A stretch of 64,000 nucleotides of DNA from a virus (IMGVR_UViG_3300012952_003952:160001-224000), one strand, 5' to 3'; shown: positions 1 through 10,548, numbered from the stretch's first letter. Program-made: numbers and translations. Notes: generated by a model from the sequence alone, not told the origin.

Positions 1-273
1 GATAAAAAAGTAGAATTTTCAGAAGAAGCTTATACAGAAATACCCGAAGTGCCCCTTTATGATGTCCACGGCACCCTAGAAGATAATCCAGCTTATGCAC
101 ACATGTTGGAACAGGTGCCTGAAGACAAAAGGGCCGAGGTGATAGCTGACGTAAAAAAGCAAACAGATGTCTGGCAAAAAGTGTTCGATCACCTTCATGA
201 AACCCTGCAAGATCCAGCAGCTAGAGAAAAATTTAGAGATTTGCTAAAAGAGAAAGTGAAAAATAGTATTTGA
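1..273 (+). CDS. Hypothetical protein, 5'-truncated by the window edge
   Basis: Frame is open from base 1 to the TGA at 271-273; no recognisable motif. Confidence 0.6.
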   Translation, partial: DKKVEFSEEAYTEIPEVPLYDVHGTLEDNPAYAHMLEQVPEDKRAEVIADVKKQTDVWQKVFDHLHETLQDPAAREKFRDLLKEKVKNSI

Positions 274-298
274 TACTATTTAATCTAAGAGGATCTAC

Positions 299-3200
299 AT
301 GAGCATTAAAAAAACAGAATTAGAAGATTTGATAGAGGCCGGGACAACCGAAGCTTCTTATTCTCCTGAGGGAACTAATGCTGATGGAACTGTAAATGTC
401 AATCTCCCAGACGATATTAGGGCGATAGGATACGAAGATCCCCCTAAAAAGACACTAGGAGACTGGCTCGCAGATCAAACTGAGAAAAACGAATATGGAC
501 CTAGCGGTGGGCTTACCGTTGCTTCGAAAATGCAAGGCGCTACAGAGCCACCGCCAATAAACACCGCCGGCGATGATTCTGGAGCAAGAGTTTTTTTTAA
601 TGACGTTTTAGAAGATGCTGCGTCTTATTTTGAAGGCATAAGCAAGGGAGGAACTCCAGACACCCGGACTGGAGGAACTTTTGATTCAGCTGATCTCTTA
701 GACCTTTTAGACAAAAATGACGGATCAAGTGGAAATACTCTTCTCGGAGATATTCCAGGAGACGCTTTAAATACTGCTGGAACGCAAGACTACGGAGACA
801 GCAGTAATAACCCTGTCAAAGAAAAAATATCGAGCGTATTAAAATATAACAGGTTTAGTCCCGGTGGCTCTTCTCCATACATTCAAGACCAACAGTACTC
901 GAAGGGCCCGTGGTCAGAACAAAAGACTTTTGGAGAATATAAAGACGATGGTAAAACTCCAACTCTCCAAGAATTAGCAAAAGTCGGCTTATCACTAATG
1001 CTCAGAGCAACAGGAGATAATACTGACCCCGATAGTGCGAACTCTACAAAAGCGATTGGCCAAGGAATCGATGTACAGCTAGCTTTAGCGAAGACTAAAC
1101 AAACTGAGCTCAATGTCAGCGCAGTATCTTCAGATGTTATGGGATTAAGCAACACCGGTTTAAATAATACTACGATGTATACTGCTGGAATTCGGAGAAA
1201 AGGGTCTAAAACAGAACCTCTTGAAGCCGAACACGCAAAGTCTTGGGGACAACTTAACAGTTACTTAGAGCCTTGGGGCGGACCGCTACCTATCGCCATG
1301 ATAGTGCTGGCCGTTTTAGCCGCCCTAGCAACTCTTGTAGCTGGAGTAGTTATTGGTCTCCTTTTAGACTTAATATTCTTACTGTTTCCTGCTGGCGAAG
1401 AAGAAATGCCTGGCGAAGTTTTTCCAATGGGCGCTGCTCCTGGAAAGAAAGACTTTGGAACTAACAACATTGGCGCCAAAATTTTAGCTTATTTGGGAAT
1501 ACCGAAACTGCGCTCAGGAAAAGCGTTCTTCTTGTGTATGGCTGTGGGTGTACTAAGATTCTACAGCAGGCTTTTAGGCACTAGCGCCAGTTATTATGTC
1601 GTGGTATCTCGTGCAGCTATTAGAGATATTAGTCAAATTTCCGATTCTATGAAAGATGCTGATTTCAGCAACCCTGTTAGTTTTATAGAGAGCTTGTTTT
1701 TGATTATAGATGCATTTGCCACTTCTACTACTTTCCAGTTTTTAAATACAATGGCTAAATTGGGAGATATCGTCATGCTGTCTGGTGGTCTTTTTGGCGG
1801 AGGAGATCTAATTTTATCTCCCTATCCGGAAGGAAAAAATTCTGATTTGACAGCTCCCGATATATACAATTTGCACACAAAATCTAGAACTCTCGTTGCT
1901 GGACAAGAAAATGATGATACTAGAATGTCTTGGAGGTTTGGAGCTTTGCCTTCTGCGTATTTGATGCCAAACGGATTTGATAGTTTAGTAAAGAGAAAGA
2001 AGTGGGCAGGACTTCAAATGTCTAGAGGGTTTACTCGAGGCGAAGCACTTGACGGAGCAAACCACCCAGGTGGATACGAGAAAGTAAAAGCACATGTTGC
2101 CGGCGCACGGATGGACACAGCAGATAGAATGGAGCTTGAAGACATTTTAGATGCTTCTTACATGCCGTTTTATTTCCACGACCTTAGAACAAACGAAATT
2201 ATATCCTTCCACGCATTTTTAGCTTCCGTCACCGATGGCTTTAGTCCGAAATGGAAAGAAGAAGAAGGGTTTGGGAGAATGGACCCTGTTCAAATATACC
2301 AAAAAACTACAAGAAAAATTGGTCTGAGCTTTTATGTAGCTGCAACTTCAAAAGAAGACTTTGACGAAATGTGGTTTGCTGTTAACCGCTTAATTTCCAT
2401 GACATACCCTCAGTGGAGCCGCGGTGTACAGAGAAAAGATGCGGCTGGAAACACGTTTATTCAACCATTTTCTCAAATGCCAACTGCATCTCCAGTTATA
2501 AGAATGCGCTTGGGAGAGCTTTTTAAATCCAACTATTCAAAAATGAGCTTAGAAAGGTTGTTTGGTCTCGCAACTGATATGTTTATGTTGACCGTCGATA
2601 CCGGCGAAGCCAACGCAGAAATTAGAGAAAAAATGCTCCTGGCTCGAGACACCGCGATCGCTGACTTAGCTAACGCAGAACTCGGACCCCCGCCAGCTTC
2701 AGAAATGATAGCTGTTCTTGGAGCCATTGCAGCAGGCTTAACCCCATCTCCAAGCCAAGGATACCTCCCCGGCATGCCTGTAGCTATTAACCCAGCAATT
2801 GGAGCTAAATATCCGTACTGTAAAGCCACTGGAGTCCCCGGCCAATATAGTAAAGCTTTAAGAAGATTTACCGCTACTTCAGCAGGCCCAATTGAGGGAG
2901 GAATCATAGGGTATAACATGAAGCCACTTATCGATCTTGGAGATGATGATGAGAAAAAAGCTAAGAAAGCTAAAAGAATGCAAAAGAGGCAGTCTATCAG
3001 ATACGTCTTTAAGCCGGCTTCTCCAGATTTTCCTCTTCCTGATGGAATGGAAGGAATTATTGTAGACCACTCAGCAATTAAAAGTGCACAAGGTTCATGG
3101 ATAAGAGCTTACATATGGAAATGCATAACAGATGCATTCGCTGCTGGCCCTACTTTACCGTTGCCTACCCCTATTCCCTCAGTCGGAAATGCGCAAATTC

Positions 3201-3634
3201 CAGATGGCGCAGAATGGTTTTACGCTCAAGAAGTTAGCGATTGGTTTTCAGCAGAAAATAATGCAATTGTTAGATCTTTTGAATCTGCTGGAGGTCAAGG
3301 CCTTGCAGGAGTAATCAATGCTTTAGATTTTGATTATGGAATCGAAAAAACAACTTGGGAGACTATGCCTGGTTCTAGAGCTCCGCAAGCTATAAAAGTA
3401 ACTTTAGGATTTGCTCCAATTCACGATATACCGCTCGGCCTAGATGCAGATGGCACAATGAGAGCTGTGGCTATTCCAGCTGGAGACCTGGTAAGACAAC
3501 TCTTCGGGGATCCATCACGAGAATATGGTGATGAAGAGTATTTTTTCCGCCAAGCTCAAGCCGCCAGAGGTTTTGGTCAGCCGCTTGACGAGGGAGAAGA
3601 GCAAGACTCACCACCGCCACCACCGGGTAGTTGA
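299..3634 (+). CDS. Large baseplate/tail-tube-initiator-like structural protein (gp48/gp54-like domain) with a hydrophobic segment
   Basis: Contains the FHAFLASVTDGFSPKW...GRMDPVQIYQKTTRKIGLSF and GVINALDFDY...TWE...APQAIKVTLGF segments typical of myophage tube-initiator/baseplate proteins; directly upstream of LysM and hub genes. Confidence 0.6.
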   Translation: MSIKKTELEDLIEAGTTEASYSPEGTNADGTVNVNLPDDIRAIGYEDPPKKTLGDWLADQTEKNEYGPSGGLTVASKMQGATEPPPINTAGDDSGARVFFNDVLEDAASYFEGISKGGTPDTRTGGTFDSADLLDLLDKNDGSSGNTLLGDIPGDALNTAGTQDYGDSSNNPVKEKISSVLKYNRFSPGGSSPYIQDQQYSKGPWSEQKTFGEYKDDGKTPTLQELAKVGLSLMLRATGDNTDPDSANSTKAIGQGIDVQLALAKTKQTELNVSAVSSDVMGLSNTGLNNTTMYTAGIRRKGSKTEPLEAEHAKSWGQLNSYLEPWGGPLPIAMIVLAVLAALATLVAGVVIGLLLDLIFLLFPAGEEEMPGEVFPMGAAPGKKDFGTNNIGAKILAYLGIPKLRSGKAFFLCMAVGVLRFYSRLLGTSASYYVVVSRAAIRDISQISDSMKDADFSNPVSFIESLFLIIDAFATSTTFQFLNTMAKLGDIVMLSGGLFGGGDLILSPYPEGKNSDLTAPDIYNLHTKSRTLVAGQENDDTRMSWRFGALPSAYLMPNGFDSLVKRKKWAGLQMSRGFTRGEALDGANHPGGYEKVKAHVAGARMDTADRMELEDILDASYMPFYFHDLRTNEIISFHAFLASVTDGFSPKWKEEEGFGRMDPVQIYQKTTRKIGLSFYVAATSKEDFDEMWFAVNRLISMTYPQWSRGVQRKDAAGNTFIQPFSQMPTASPVIRMRLGELFKSNYSKMSLERLFGLATDMFMLTVDTGEANAEIREKMLLARDTAIADLANAELGPPPASEMIAVLGAIAAGLTPSPSQGYLPGMPVAINPAIGAKYPYCKATGVPGQYSKALRRFTATSAGPIEGGIIGYNMKPLIDLGDDDEKKAKKAKRMQKRQSIRYVFKPASPDFPLPDGMEGIIVDHSAIKSAQGSWIRAYIWKCITDAFAAGPTLPLPTPIPSVGNAQIPDGAEWFYAQEVSDWFSAENNAIVRSFESAGGQGLAGVINALDFDYGIEKTTWETMPGSRAPQAIKVTLGFAPIHDIPLGLDADGTMRAVAIPAGDLVRQLFGDPSREYGDEEYFFRQAQAARGFGQPLDEGEEQDSPPPPPGS

Positions 3635-3648
3635 TATGGAGAAATTTT

Positions 3649-3936
3649 ATGAAACGCTATAGTAGATCTAACACCGTCAAGGGAGGAAGGCAGTATGGAA
3701 CTTCTAGAGGTGCGACTGCCATATATTATGCTGCTAAATCAGGTGGTATTACTTGCACTAGAAGAGTTACTAAAGAGGGAGACAGGCTAGATATTATAGC
3801 AGGACAACTGTGGGGTGACGCCACACTATGGTGGGTAATTGCTGCGTGTTCAGGAATTGGATGGGGCCCGCAAATACCACCTGCAGTAGTTTTAAAAATT
3901 CCAATAAATATAGATGATATCCAGCTCTACGTGTAG
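3649..3936 (+). CDS. LysM-type baseplate/tail protein (P2 gpX / T4 gp53-like)
   Basis: EGDRLDIIAGQLWGDATLWWVIA motif; GGAG ribosome-binding site before the ATG at 3649. Confidence 0.8.
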   Translation: MKRYSRSNTVKGGRQYGTSRGATAIYYAAKSGGITCTRRVTKEGDRLDIIAGQLWGDATLWWVIAACSGIGWGPQIPPAVVLKIPINIDDIQLYV

Positions 3937-3942
3937 GAATTT

Positions 3943-6900
3943 ATGAAGCAACAAGAACTCATAGAAGAAGCATGCGCTGAAATTGGAAAATTCTTTGGGT
4001 CTATTACTAAAGATAGATTTATAGCAATGATCCTTGAGCTTAGCCCTCAATACGATGAAGAGTCTGGAAGAGTTGTGTTTCACGACTTAAATTCAGAAGT
4101 CGCTAAATCTGTCATTAATATGACAGACGGAGGGCTGTATGCTTATGAAATATGCGGCATGCCTGCTTTGAATGATGCGGATGCCACAAGCAAAAAACTC
4201 GTTCAAGATGCTTTTCAAGTAGTTTGTAAAGATGATATTACAGAAGATTATGCTGAAATTAGGCACACCGGTGTTCCCATGGCAACTATGTTGGGAGATC
4301 TTGGCACAGGCGTAAATCAAAATCTACCTCCAACAAGAGATAAACCAGCATTATCAATAATGCAAGTGCGTCCAGTGCAATTAAATTTTGGAAATAGAGA
4401 TACTGGAGCTTTAGAAATATTCTTAAACGCGATTCCTGCCTTAGAGTGGAGTCGCTCAGTACCATATTTGTCTGCAGAAGTTATAACGCCAGGAGACGCA
4501 GTTCAATCGGGAAGAATTCAAAAAGCTGGCTTGATGAGATTCCTTTTAGGAACTGCAGAAGTAGTAGAGGGTAGTACTGATCACTCCCTAGCATCTGCAG
4601 TTTCTGCTGAAATAGCTGGTATGAATTTTGAAGCCGCAATCGATGCACAGCTTCAAAATGAGGCTGCTGCTGCAGGCGCAGCCGAAGGCGCACCCCCAAC
4701 AGAAGATGTAGAGCCTAAAACATATTCTTCTGCTGGAATGGAAATCTTTACTGCTCCGCAGACTTTAGTGAATGCTGATGAAAACTATGTCAGCTATGAA
4801 TCGATGGCGTACTCAGCGGATGCTATGAGAGCCGAAATCGAAGCCATTGGATCTGCTGCAGGAATAGACACCACAGAGATTTTGGAGCAATTGATATTGC
4901 CCGGAGAACCTGGATCTAATCGACCTGCTCCAATTATTGATAAAATGCGGCCATTTATGAGCTTAAACAGCGTTGAGATAAGCGTTAAGCCAACTCGCGG
5001 AATGATGGCGCACAAATCTGCAAAGATGAAAATAACGCTTCACGATAGATCTAGATTGGGAGAAATAGCAGAATTTGTTAAGCCATCCAGTTTCGGCCAA
5101 ACAGAAATAATGCTGGAGTATGGATGGTCCCACCCTGATGGTACCGTGGGAGGCAACAACAGTTTCGGCAAGCTTATTAATGCGATGAGAGTAAAAGAAA
5201 AATTTGGTGTCTATAATACTCAGTATAGTTTTGATGAAGCTGGCCAAGTCAAGATAACACTAGATTTAGTCACAAAAGGCGCCGCTCATCTTAATATCAG
5301 TGACATAGGAATGTCTGGAGCAGTAGCAGCAAAATGGTACGCGATAGAGAAATTAATAGAAAAAATTAGAGATGTCAGAAGAGATGTTCTTTCTGATGAA
5401 GGGATGAGAGACGTTATAGGAATGAGCGTAATTTCATCTTTAAGCCCAACAAATCTTTCAGACGCTTTTGATGGAGAAAAACTTCAAGAGCTAAACAGTT
5501 TTATTTCGAATAGTCTTCATTCCGAAAATGAAGACCTTGCTTCTTTAGCTGGTTACATGGACACTCTTAAAGATGACGTAAATAGCTTCAATACAACCAT
5601 TGGCGCAGTTATTAAGTCTAAGACTGATCGCTGTTTGGGTGAAGGAGACCCATTTTTAACTAGCCGGTCTGACACCGACATGCTCGGCTTTTGGGCTAAA
5701 GCTGGCCAAAGTGGAATTCAAGTTTCTGATAGCCCTAGCAGGAGGCGACCCAGGGGAACAAAATGGTGCTCTTTTGCTAAGCTCATGTCTATCTTTGTAG
5801 GCCTTCCAATTGCTGAATCTGGAAGGTTTGAAGAAGTTCAAATGATATTTTACGCTTTTAACGACTCTTGCAGCTATCTTCATAATTTAAATATCGGATC
5901 TCTGCCAATAGAAATGACCGGCGATAATGGATTTGAAAAACTTTTTAAAGCGTATCAAGAAGAGAAAATTCAAGTATCTCCAGCCCGTTTTTTGTCTTTT
6001 GTGAACAGAGAGTTTATAAGCAATCAAGCTGCTGCGCCATACGGTTTTTCTAAGCTTTATTCTAGAGACGACGAAGGCAATGTAGAAATGAGAGACTCTG
6101 CAAAAAATAATCCTGGTAGCACTAAATCTTTCAAAGATTCTGTTCTAGAAGATGCTTATGGGCCAGGCACCGATATGAAATTTAAACTTCCTCGAGTTCA
6201 AATGTACATGGAGGCTGTGCCTCACCAAAAAGCTTCTCCAGAATCTTCAGCTGCTGGTCAGCCATGGGCTCCTGGGATGGCGAACACTGTTTTGCGATTG
6301 CATTTTTTCGACAGCGTAGCCACAAAATATGCTGGCGTTTCTGATTTAATTAGAATTTCTAGAAATAGCTCTATGGGAGCTATGAGTTCTGTACTTCGAG
6401 ATATAACAGCGGTAGAAGATGGAGACATGTCTCAACACGCCGCAGCTTTTAATGACGTAATTACTCAAGCAGTAGAAATGAAGCTTATAGAAGAAACTAC
6501 GGCATCTGATGGAAATAAATACTTTAGGATGATAGGCGGAGTACCAAGACTAAAACAATTTGTCAAAAAAGCTATGCCCTCTCTCATGTATGGAGCTCAA
6601 AATTCTTCGGCTCTTTCTGTTAGTGCCGACTCTATGCATAACTCTAAAGATACCACTGTTCATATGTTGCGCTCATCAAGAAACTCAAGCTCAGATGCTA
6701 ATGCTCCAGGCGAACAAGATCGAGGCCTTCCTCTCCGTATGATGCCAATGAAACTAAAAGTCAAATGTTTCGGGTGTCCGCTTATCTCACATGGCCAGCA
6801 GATTTTTGTAGATTTAGGAACTGGAACAACGGTGGATAACATCTACGCAGTGAATGGATTGCAACATAGTTTTTCGCCTGGAGAGTTTAAGACTTCTTTT

Positions 6901-7008
6901 GAGATGGTTCCGTTTGGAGATGCTTATGGCTCTTACGAATCTTTAGATAACTTAATATCTCAAGCTTCAGGTATAATATCAGCAGCTCAAGCTGGCGGTA
7001 ATTCTTAA
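3943..7008 (+). CDS. Baseplate hub protein (gp27/gpD-like)
   Basis: C-terminal LKVKCFGCPLISHGQQIFVD...IYAVNGLQHSFSPGEFKTSFEMV resembles the hub-protein C-terminus; follows the LysM gene. Confidence 0.6.
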   Translation: MKQQELIEEACAEIGKFFGSITKDRFIAMILELSPQYDEESGRVVFHDLNSEVAKSVINMTDGGLYAYEICGMPALNDADATSKKLVQDAFQVVCKDDITEDYAEIRHTGVPMATMLGDLGTGVNQNLPPTRDKPALSIMQVRPVQLNFGNRDTGALEIFLNAIPALEWSRSVPYLSAEVITPGDAVQSGRIQKAGLMRFLLGTAEVVEGSTDHSLASAVSAEIAGMNFEAAIDAQLQNEAAAAGAAEGAPPTEDVEPKTYSSAGMEIFTAPQTLVNADENYVSYESMAYSADAMRAEIEAIGSAAGIDTTEILEQLILPGEPGSNRPAPIIDKMRPFMSLNSVEISVKPTRGMMAHKSAKMKITLHDRSRLGEIAEFVKPSSFGQTEIMLEYGWSHPDGTVGGNNSFGKLINAMRVKEKFGVYNTQYSFDEAGQVKITLDLVTKGAAHLNISDIGMSGAVAAKWYAIEKLIEKIRDVRRDVLSDEGMRDVIGMSVISSLSPTNLSDAFDGEKLQELNSFISNSLHSENEDLASLAGYMDTLKDDVNSFNTTIGAVIKSKTDRCLGEGDPFLTSRSDTDMLGFWAKAGQSGIQVSDSPSRRRPRGTKWCSFAKLMSIFVGLPIAESGRFEEVQMIFYAFNDSCSYLHNLNIGSLPIEMTGDNGFEKLFKAYQEEKIQVSPARFLSFVNREFISNQAAAPYGFSKLYSRDDEGNVEMRDSAKNNPGSTKSFKDSVLEDAYGPGTDMKFKLPRVQMYMEAVPHQKASPESSAAGQPWAPGMANTVLRLHFFDSVATKYAGVSDLIRISRNSSMGAMSSVLRDITAVEDGDMSQHAAAFNDVITQAVEMKLIEETTASDGNKYFRMIGGVPRLKQFVKKAMPSLMYGAQNSSALSVSADSMHNSKDTTVHMLRSSRNSSSDANAPGEQDRGLPLRMMPMKLKVKCFGCPLISHGQQIFVDLGTGTTVDNIYAVNGLQHSFSPGEFKTSFEMVPFGDAYGSYESLDNLISQASGIISAAQAGGNS

Positions 7009-7049
7009 TACGGCTAACCAATTAGTGGTTTTTAGTTAGATTATTACTA

Positions 7050-8249
7050 ATGAACCTCTTAATAGATGCAAGAAATTTTGGAAAATCAAGCCACCTTGCT
7101 TTTGATGGCCAAAATTATTTTTGGACTGAAACTATAGACGAGAGTTCTGTAGTTTTATGTGGAGACCCTGAAAAAGAGTACTCTATAGAACATATTTGTA
7201 AGCTTTTAGACATGGAGTGTCCTTCGATACTGGACGAAAACCAAAAGCAATCTCTTTTAGAACTTGGAGTCAAAACTCGTAACCATCCTGCCATAATGAT
7301 TCAAAGGCCAGAAGACTTTAAAGCTAATTTAAAAAGAATCACAGAATGGGCTTCTGAAGTATACGAAGTTTTAGATGAGTATTCCTATTTAAACACTTTT
7401 AAGAAAGAGCTGAAGTTATTACGTGGCATGAGAGAGGCTATCTTTGATTCCGTCTCTTTTAATCGCTGGCTTTTAGGTAAAAAAATAGACAAAAAGGTTA
7501 AAAATTCTTTTTCTACTAACAGATTTGGCTATCTTCAAAGAGTAGTATATAATAATCATTCTACGAGAACTGGAAGAATAGTAACGGAATCAGGACCCCA
7601 ACTGCTAACAACTCAAAAAGAAGTTAGAAGCTTTTTAAAATCTAGATACAGAGGCGGAAAAATAATTCAATTAGATTTTGTGTCTTTAGAGCCGAGAGTT
7701 GCGCTGTCCGCCGCAGGAAATAATTCGCAAAAAGATGTTTACGAAATGTTTAATGAAAATTACTTTTCTAATTCTTTAAAACGCTCTCAAATTAAAAAGC
7801 TAGTGCTGTGTGCTCTGTATGGAGCGGGAATCAGGACTTTGAAGAAAATATTGCCTGAAAACGTTAATCCAAAAGAAGCTGTGAAATATATCAGAGATTC
7901 GATGAATTTTAATGATGTAGTAAATTTAAAAAAAGAAGAGCTAGAAAAAAATTCTTTTATGAGTAATATTTTTGGTAGAAATATCGTTCCATCTTCCGAT
8001 AGAGACTCTATTATATTTAACAATTGGGTACAGTCTTCTGCGGTCGATGTTTCTTTAGTAGGATTTCAAAATTTAGTAGAAAAATTGAGGTCTGAAAAGT
8101 TAGATTTTGAACCGCTTTTTTTAATTCATGATGCTCTAATAATAGATGCTAGTCCAGATATGGTGAAAAGAATAGAAAAAGATTCCAATATATCTATTTT
8201 TATTAAAGAATTAGGCCACTTTCCTCTTTCGGTGGAATACCTGAGTTAA
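7050..8249 (+). CDS. Family A DNA polymerase, polymerase domain only
   Basis: TRTGR, motif A LDFVSLEPR, motif B RSQIKKLVLCALYG, VQSSAVD and motif C LIHDA are all present; 399 aa with no exonuclease domains apparent. Confidence 0.8.
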   Translation: MNLLIDARNFGKSSHLAFDGQNYFWTETIDESSVVLCGDPEKEYSIEHICKLLDMECPSILDENQKQSLLELGVKTRNHPAIMIQRPEDFKANLKRITEWASEVYEVLDEYSYLNTFKKELKLLRGMREAIFDSVSFNRWLLGKKIDKKVKNSFSTNRFGYLQRVVYNNHSTRTGRIVTESGPQLLTTQKEVRSFLKSRYRGGKIIQLDFVSLEPRVALSAAGNNSQKDVYEMFNENYFSNSLKRSQIKKLVLCALYGAGIRTLKKILPENVNPKEAVKYIRDSMNFNDVVNLKKEELEKNSFMSNIFGRNIVPSSDRDSIIFNNWVQSSAVDVSLVGFQNLVEKLRSEKLDFEPLFLIHDALIIDASPDMVKRIEKDSNISIFIKELGHFPLSVEYLS

Positions 8250-8277
8250 GATTGATATTTATTCTAAAGGTGCATCG

Positions 8278-9036
8278 ATGAATGAAAAACAGATTCGCAA
8301 TTATATTCGAAAGATTATAAAAGAGCAAAATGAAGAAGAGCCCCAAACGACGCAAAAGCGTGGTAAGGGTAGATATAAAAAAGAAATTGAAGATGTGGGC
8401 AGAGTCCCTCCTGGCGAATTAATGCAGAGGCTAGGCGCAAAAAAGGGCGTTGGAGATTCTGATATTAAAAAATTGACGAGCTTTTTAGATTCTGCCACTG
8501 GTGGAATCGAAGCTATGAAAATAGTTTATGATTCTCCTAAAGAAAAACAAGACTCACACGGCCGGTATGGCGCAGAAATTCCTCTAAGCAGTATTAAAGG
8601 CGCAGGAGGAACAATTCCACCAAGAGATGGTAGAAGATATATAGAATATACGATGGCTGCAGGTAAAGATTCCGGTTTCGTAGACACTGCTCCTTTTATG
8701 GTAGAAATTTTTGGAAACGGCATTCTAGTATATTTTTCCGACAAGCCCTATATGTGGAATAGAGCACCTCAAAAGAAGAAATCTACCAACGAATCTGCTG
8801 TAGATGAAGAGTTACTTGGAGAGCCAGATGAGTCTAACGAAGACGAAAGAGAAGACGCTGAAAAAGATGAATACAGCGTCTCTGCAAATGTTGCAGGCGT
8901 AGTAACTCCACTAGGAACAGGCCCAACGGGTGGAAAGGGAAAAGAAGACAAGAACAATGATCCGCGCAAAAGAGCGATCGACGCCAACGAAAGAGCATTT
9001 GGTGGTGGGAAAGTCTATTCTCCAAAGAAGAAATAA
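8278..9036 (+). CDS. Hypothetical protein, probably virion-associated
   Basis: ORF track; N-terminal IRNYIRKIIKEQ motif shared with other acidic proteins in the window; ATATTTA motif upstream. Confidence 0.55.
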   Translation: MNEKQIRNYIRKIIKEQNEEEPQTTQKRGKGRYKKEIEDVGRVPPGELMQRLGAKKGVGDSDIKKLTSFLDSATGGIEAMKIVYDSPKEKQDSHGRYGAEIPLSSIKGAGGTIPPRDGRRYIEYTMAAGKDSGFVDTAPFMVEIFGNGILVYFSDKPYMWNRAPQKKKSTNESAVDEELLGEPDESNEDEREDAEKDEYSVSANVAGVVTPLGTGPTGGKGKEDKNNDPRKRAIDANERAFGGGKVYSPKKK

Positions 9037-9074
9037 GTTGTAGCTCAGTCTTATACCTATTAATATAGGTCTTA

Positions 9075-9527
9075 GTGAGCAATATGAAAAAAACATCTAG
9101 ATTTGTTGCAGGCGACTTAATAGCAGTGTTCGGCGCAGAATCTGGAAAAGAGGGCAAAAAAGCCGAAACCGTTTCTCTCTGTAAAGTTATTTCAGTAGGC
9201 GAAAAAGACCTCATCGTAGAAGAAAAAGATACTCCCTCTTATTCTTCTCGCAAACCTTATTATATAGTGCCTAAGTCTATTTGTCATAAACTTGCAATGG
9301 ACCCTGACACAGTAACAAGCGCTTCTCTTATGATTCCAAAAATCGGAGATCTTGTTCTCTCTTACGTAAAAGAAGTGTTTAAAAATGAAGATCCTGTTGA
9401 AATAACTGGAATTTTGTATAAAATAACGTATAAGCTTGGAAGACCCTTGACAGCGACTTTACTTATGGGTAGCACAGAAATGAAAGAAGTACCCTTTTCA
9501 AGTTTAATGGTTTTGCAAACAAATTAA
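9075..9527 (+). CDS. Hypothetical protein
   Basis: 150-aa ORF filling the intergenic space; an alternative ATG lies at 9084. Confidence 0.6.
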   Translation: MSNMKKTSRFVAGDLIAVFGAESGKEGKKAETVSLCKVISVGEKDLIVEEKDTPSYSSRKPYYIVPKSICHKLAMDPDTVTSASLMIPKIGDLVLSYVKEVFKNEDPVEITGILYKITYKLGRPLTATLLMGSTEMKEVPFSSLMVLQTN

Positions 9528-9625
9528 TTTGAACAACTCACTATAAAGTTATAAATTTATTATGTGGTTATCTACCACACTACAAACTAAAAATTTGCAC
9601 ATTTAAACATTTAAAGGAGTAAAAA

Positions 9626-10444
9626 ATGGCAATTGATCTCGACGCAATTCGCAAGAAGCTAAACCAGCTTTCTGGCAACAATTCAAAGCGCAACTCTATG
9701 TGGCGACCACAAGAAGGAGAAGAACACACTGTTCGAATTCTTGCTTTTTCTGATAATGATGGACAGCCTTTCAAGGAGCGCTGGTTCTATTATAACATTG
9801 GAAATAATCCAGGACTTCTAGCTCCACACCAATTTGGTCAGCCAGACCCAATTCAAGAATTGATTAATACGCTTCGTAATGACGGAACTAAGGAATCATA
9901 CGAGCTGGCTAAGAAGCTATATCCTAAGATGCGAGCATACGCTCCAGTTATCGTTCGTGGTGAAGAGAGCCAAGGTGTTCGTCTTTGGTCTTTCGGAAAG
10001 ACGGTCTATCAATCTCTTCTTAACTTGATGCTTGATGATGAAGTTGGAGATATTACTGATCCCACAACCGGCCGCGATATTAAGGTAACTTGCACAAAGC
10101 CTCCAGGTCGTATGTGGGCTACTACTGAAGTCCGGCCTCGGATGAGCACTACAGATCTTGCCGAAGATGCAAAACAAGCTAAGGCATGGCTTGACAGCAT
10201 TCCAGATATCGATGAAATGTATACTTGCAAGAGTTATGATGAGCTAGAAAATATTGTTAACGCATGGCTAAATGGTGATGAATCAGATGATTCGAATTCG
10301 AACAACTTCGGTCAGACTCGAGGAGGTTCAACTCAAGATAGCTCTACCGCTACCACAAAGGATACCTCGACCGACAATGCGAAGATGGCAGAAAAGTATG
10401 CAAGTCTAGATGATGCATTTGCAGACATCGAAAAAGATTTTTAA
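9626..10444 (+). CDS. Single-stranded DNA-binding protein, T4 gp32-like
   Basis: MAIDLDAIRKKL N-terminus, WRPQEGEEHTVRIL, LWSFGKTVY, DITDPTTGRDI and an acidic C-terminal tail; strong AAGGAG RBS; lies upstream of recA. Confidence 0.8.
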   Translation: MAIDLDAIRKKLNQLSGNNSKRNSMWRPQEGEEHTVRILAFSDNDGQPFKERWFYYNIGNNPGLLAPHQFGQPDPIQELINTLRNDGTKESYELAKKLYPKMRAYAPVIVRGEESQGVRLWSFGKTVYQSLLNLMLDDEVGDITDPTTGRDIKVTCTKPPGRMWATTEVRPRMSTTDLAEDAKQAKAWLDSIPDIDEMYTCKSYDELENIVNAWLNGDESDDSNSNNFGQTRGGSTQDSSTATTKDTSTDNAKMAEKYASLDDAFADIEKDF

Positions 10445-10472
10445 GATTTAAATTTCTAAAAGCTTTCATTTT

Positions 10473-10501
10473 GAGGCGTCACTAAGTGGCGCCTCTTTTT
10501 T
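10473..10501 (+). terminator. Rho-independent terminator after the SSB gene
   Basis: Hairpin GAGGCGTCAC-TAA-GTGGCGCCTC (one G-U pair) followed by TTTTTT. Confidence 0.85.
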
Positions 10502-10548
10502 ATGAACATCGCATGGTTTAGTTTTATATTAGATTAGGAGATTAATAG

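Noticed and set aside
299-7008. Bacterial eCIS/T6SS locus rather than a phage tail
   Set aside because: The baseplate genes are contiguous with a phage-type replisome, endolysin and sigma factor; no Afp/Tss accessory genes or cellular housekeeping operons are present.
9055-9070. ACCTAT-TAAT-ATAGGT inverted repeat as a terminator
   Set aside because: The stem is short and AT-rich with no U-tract; it could be an operator but there is no supporting evidence.
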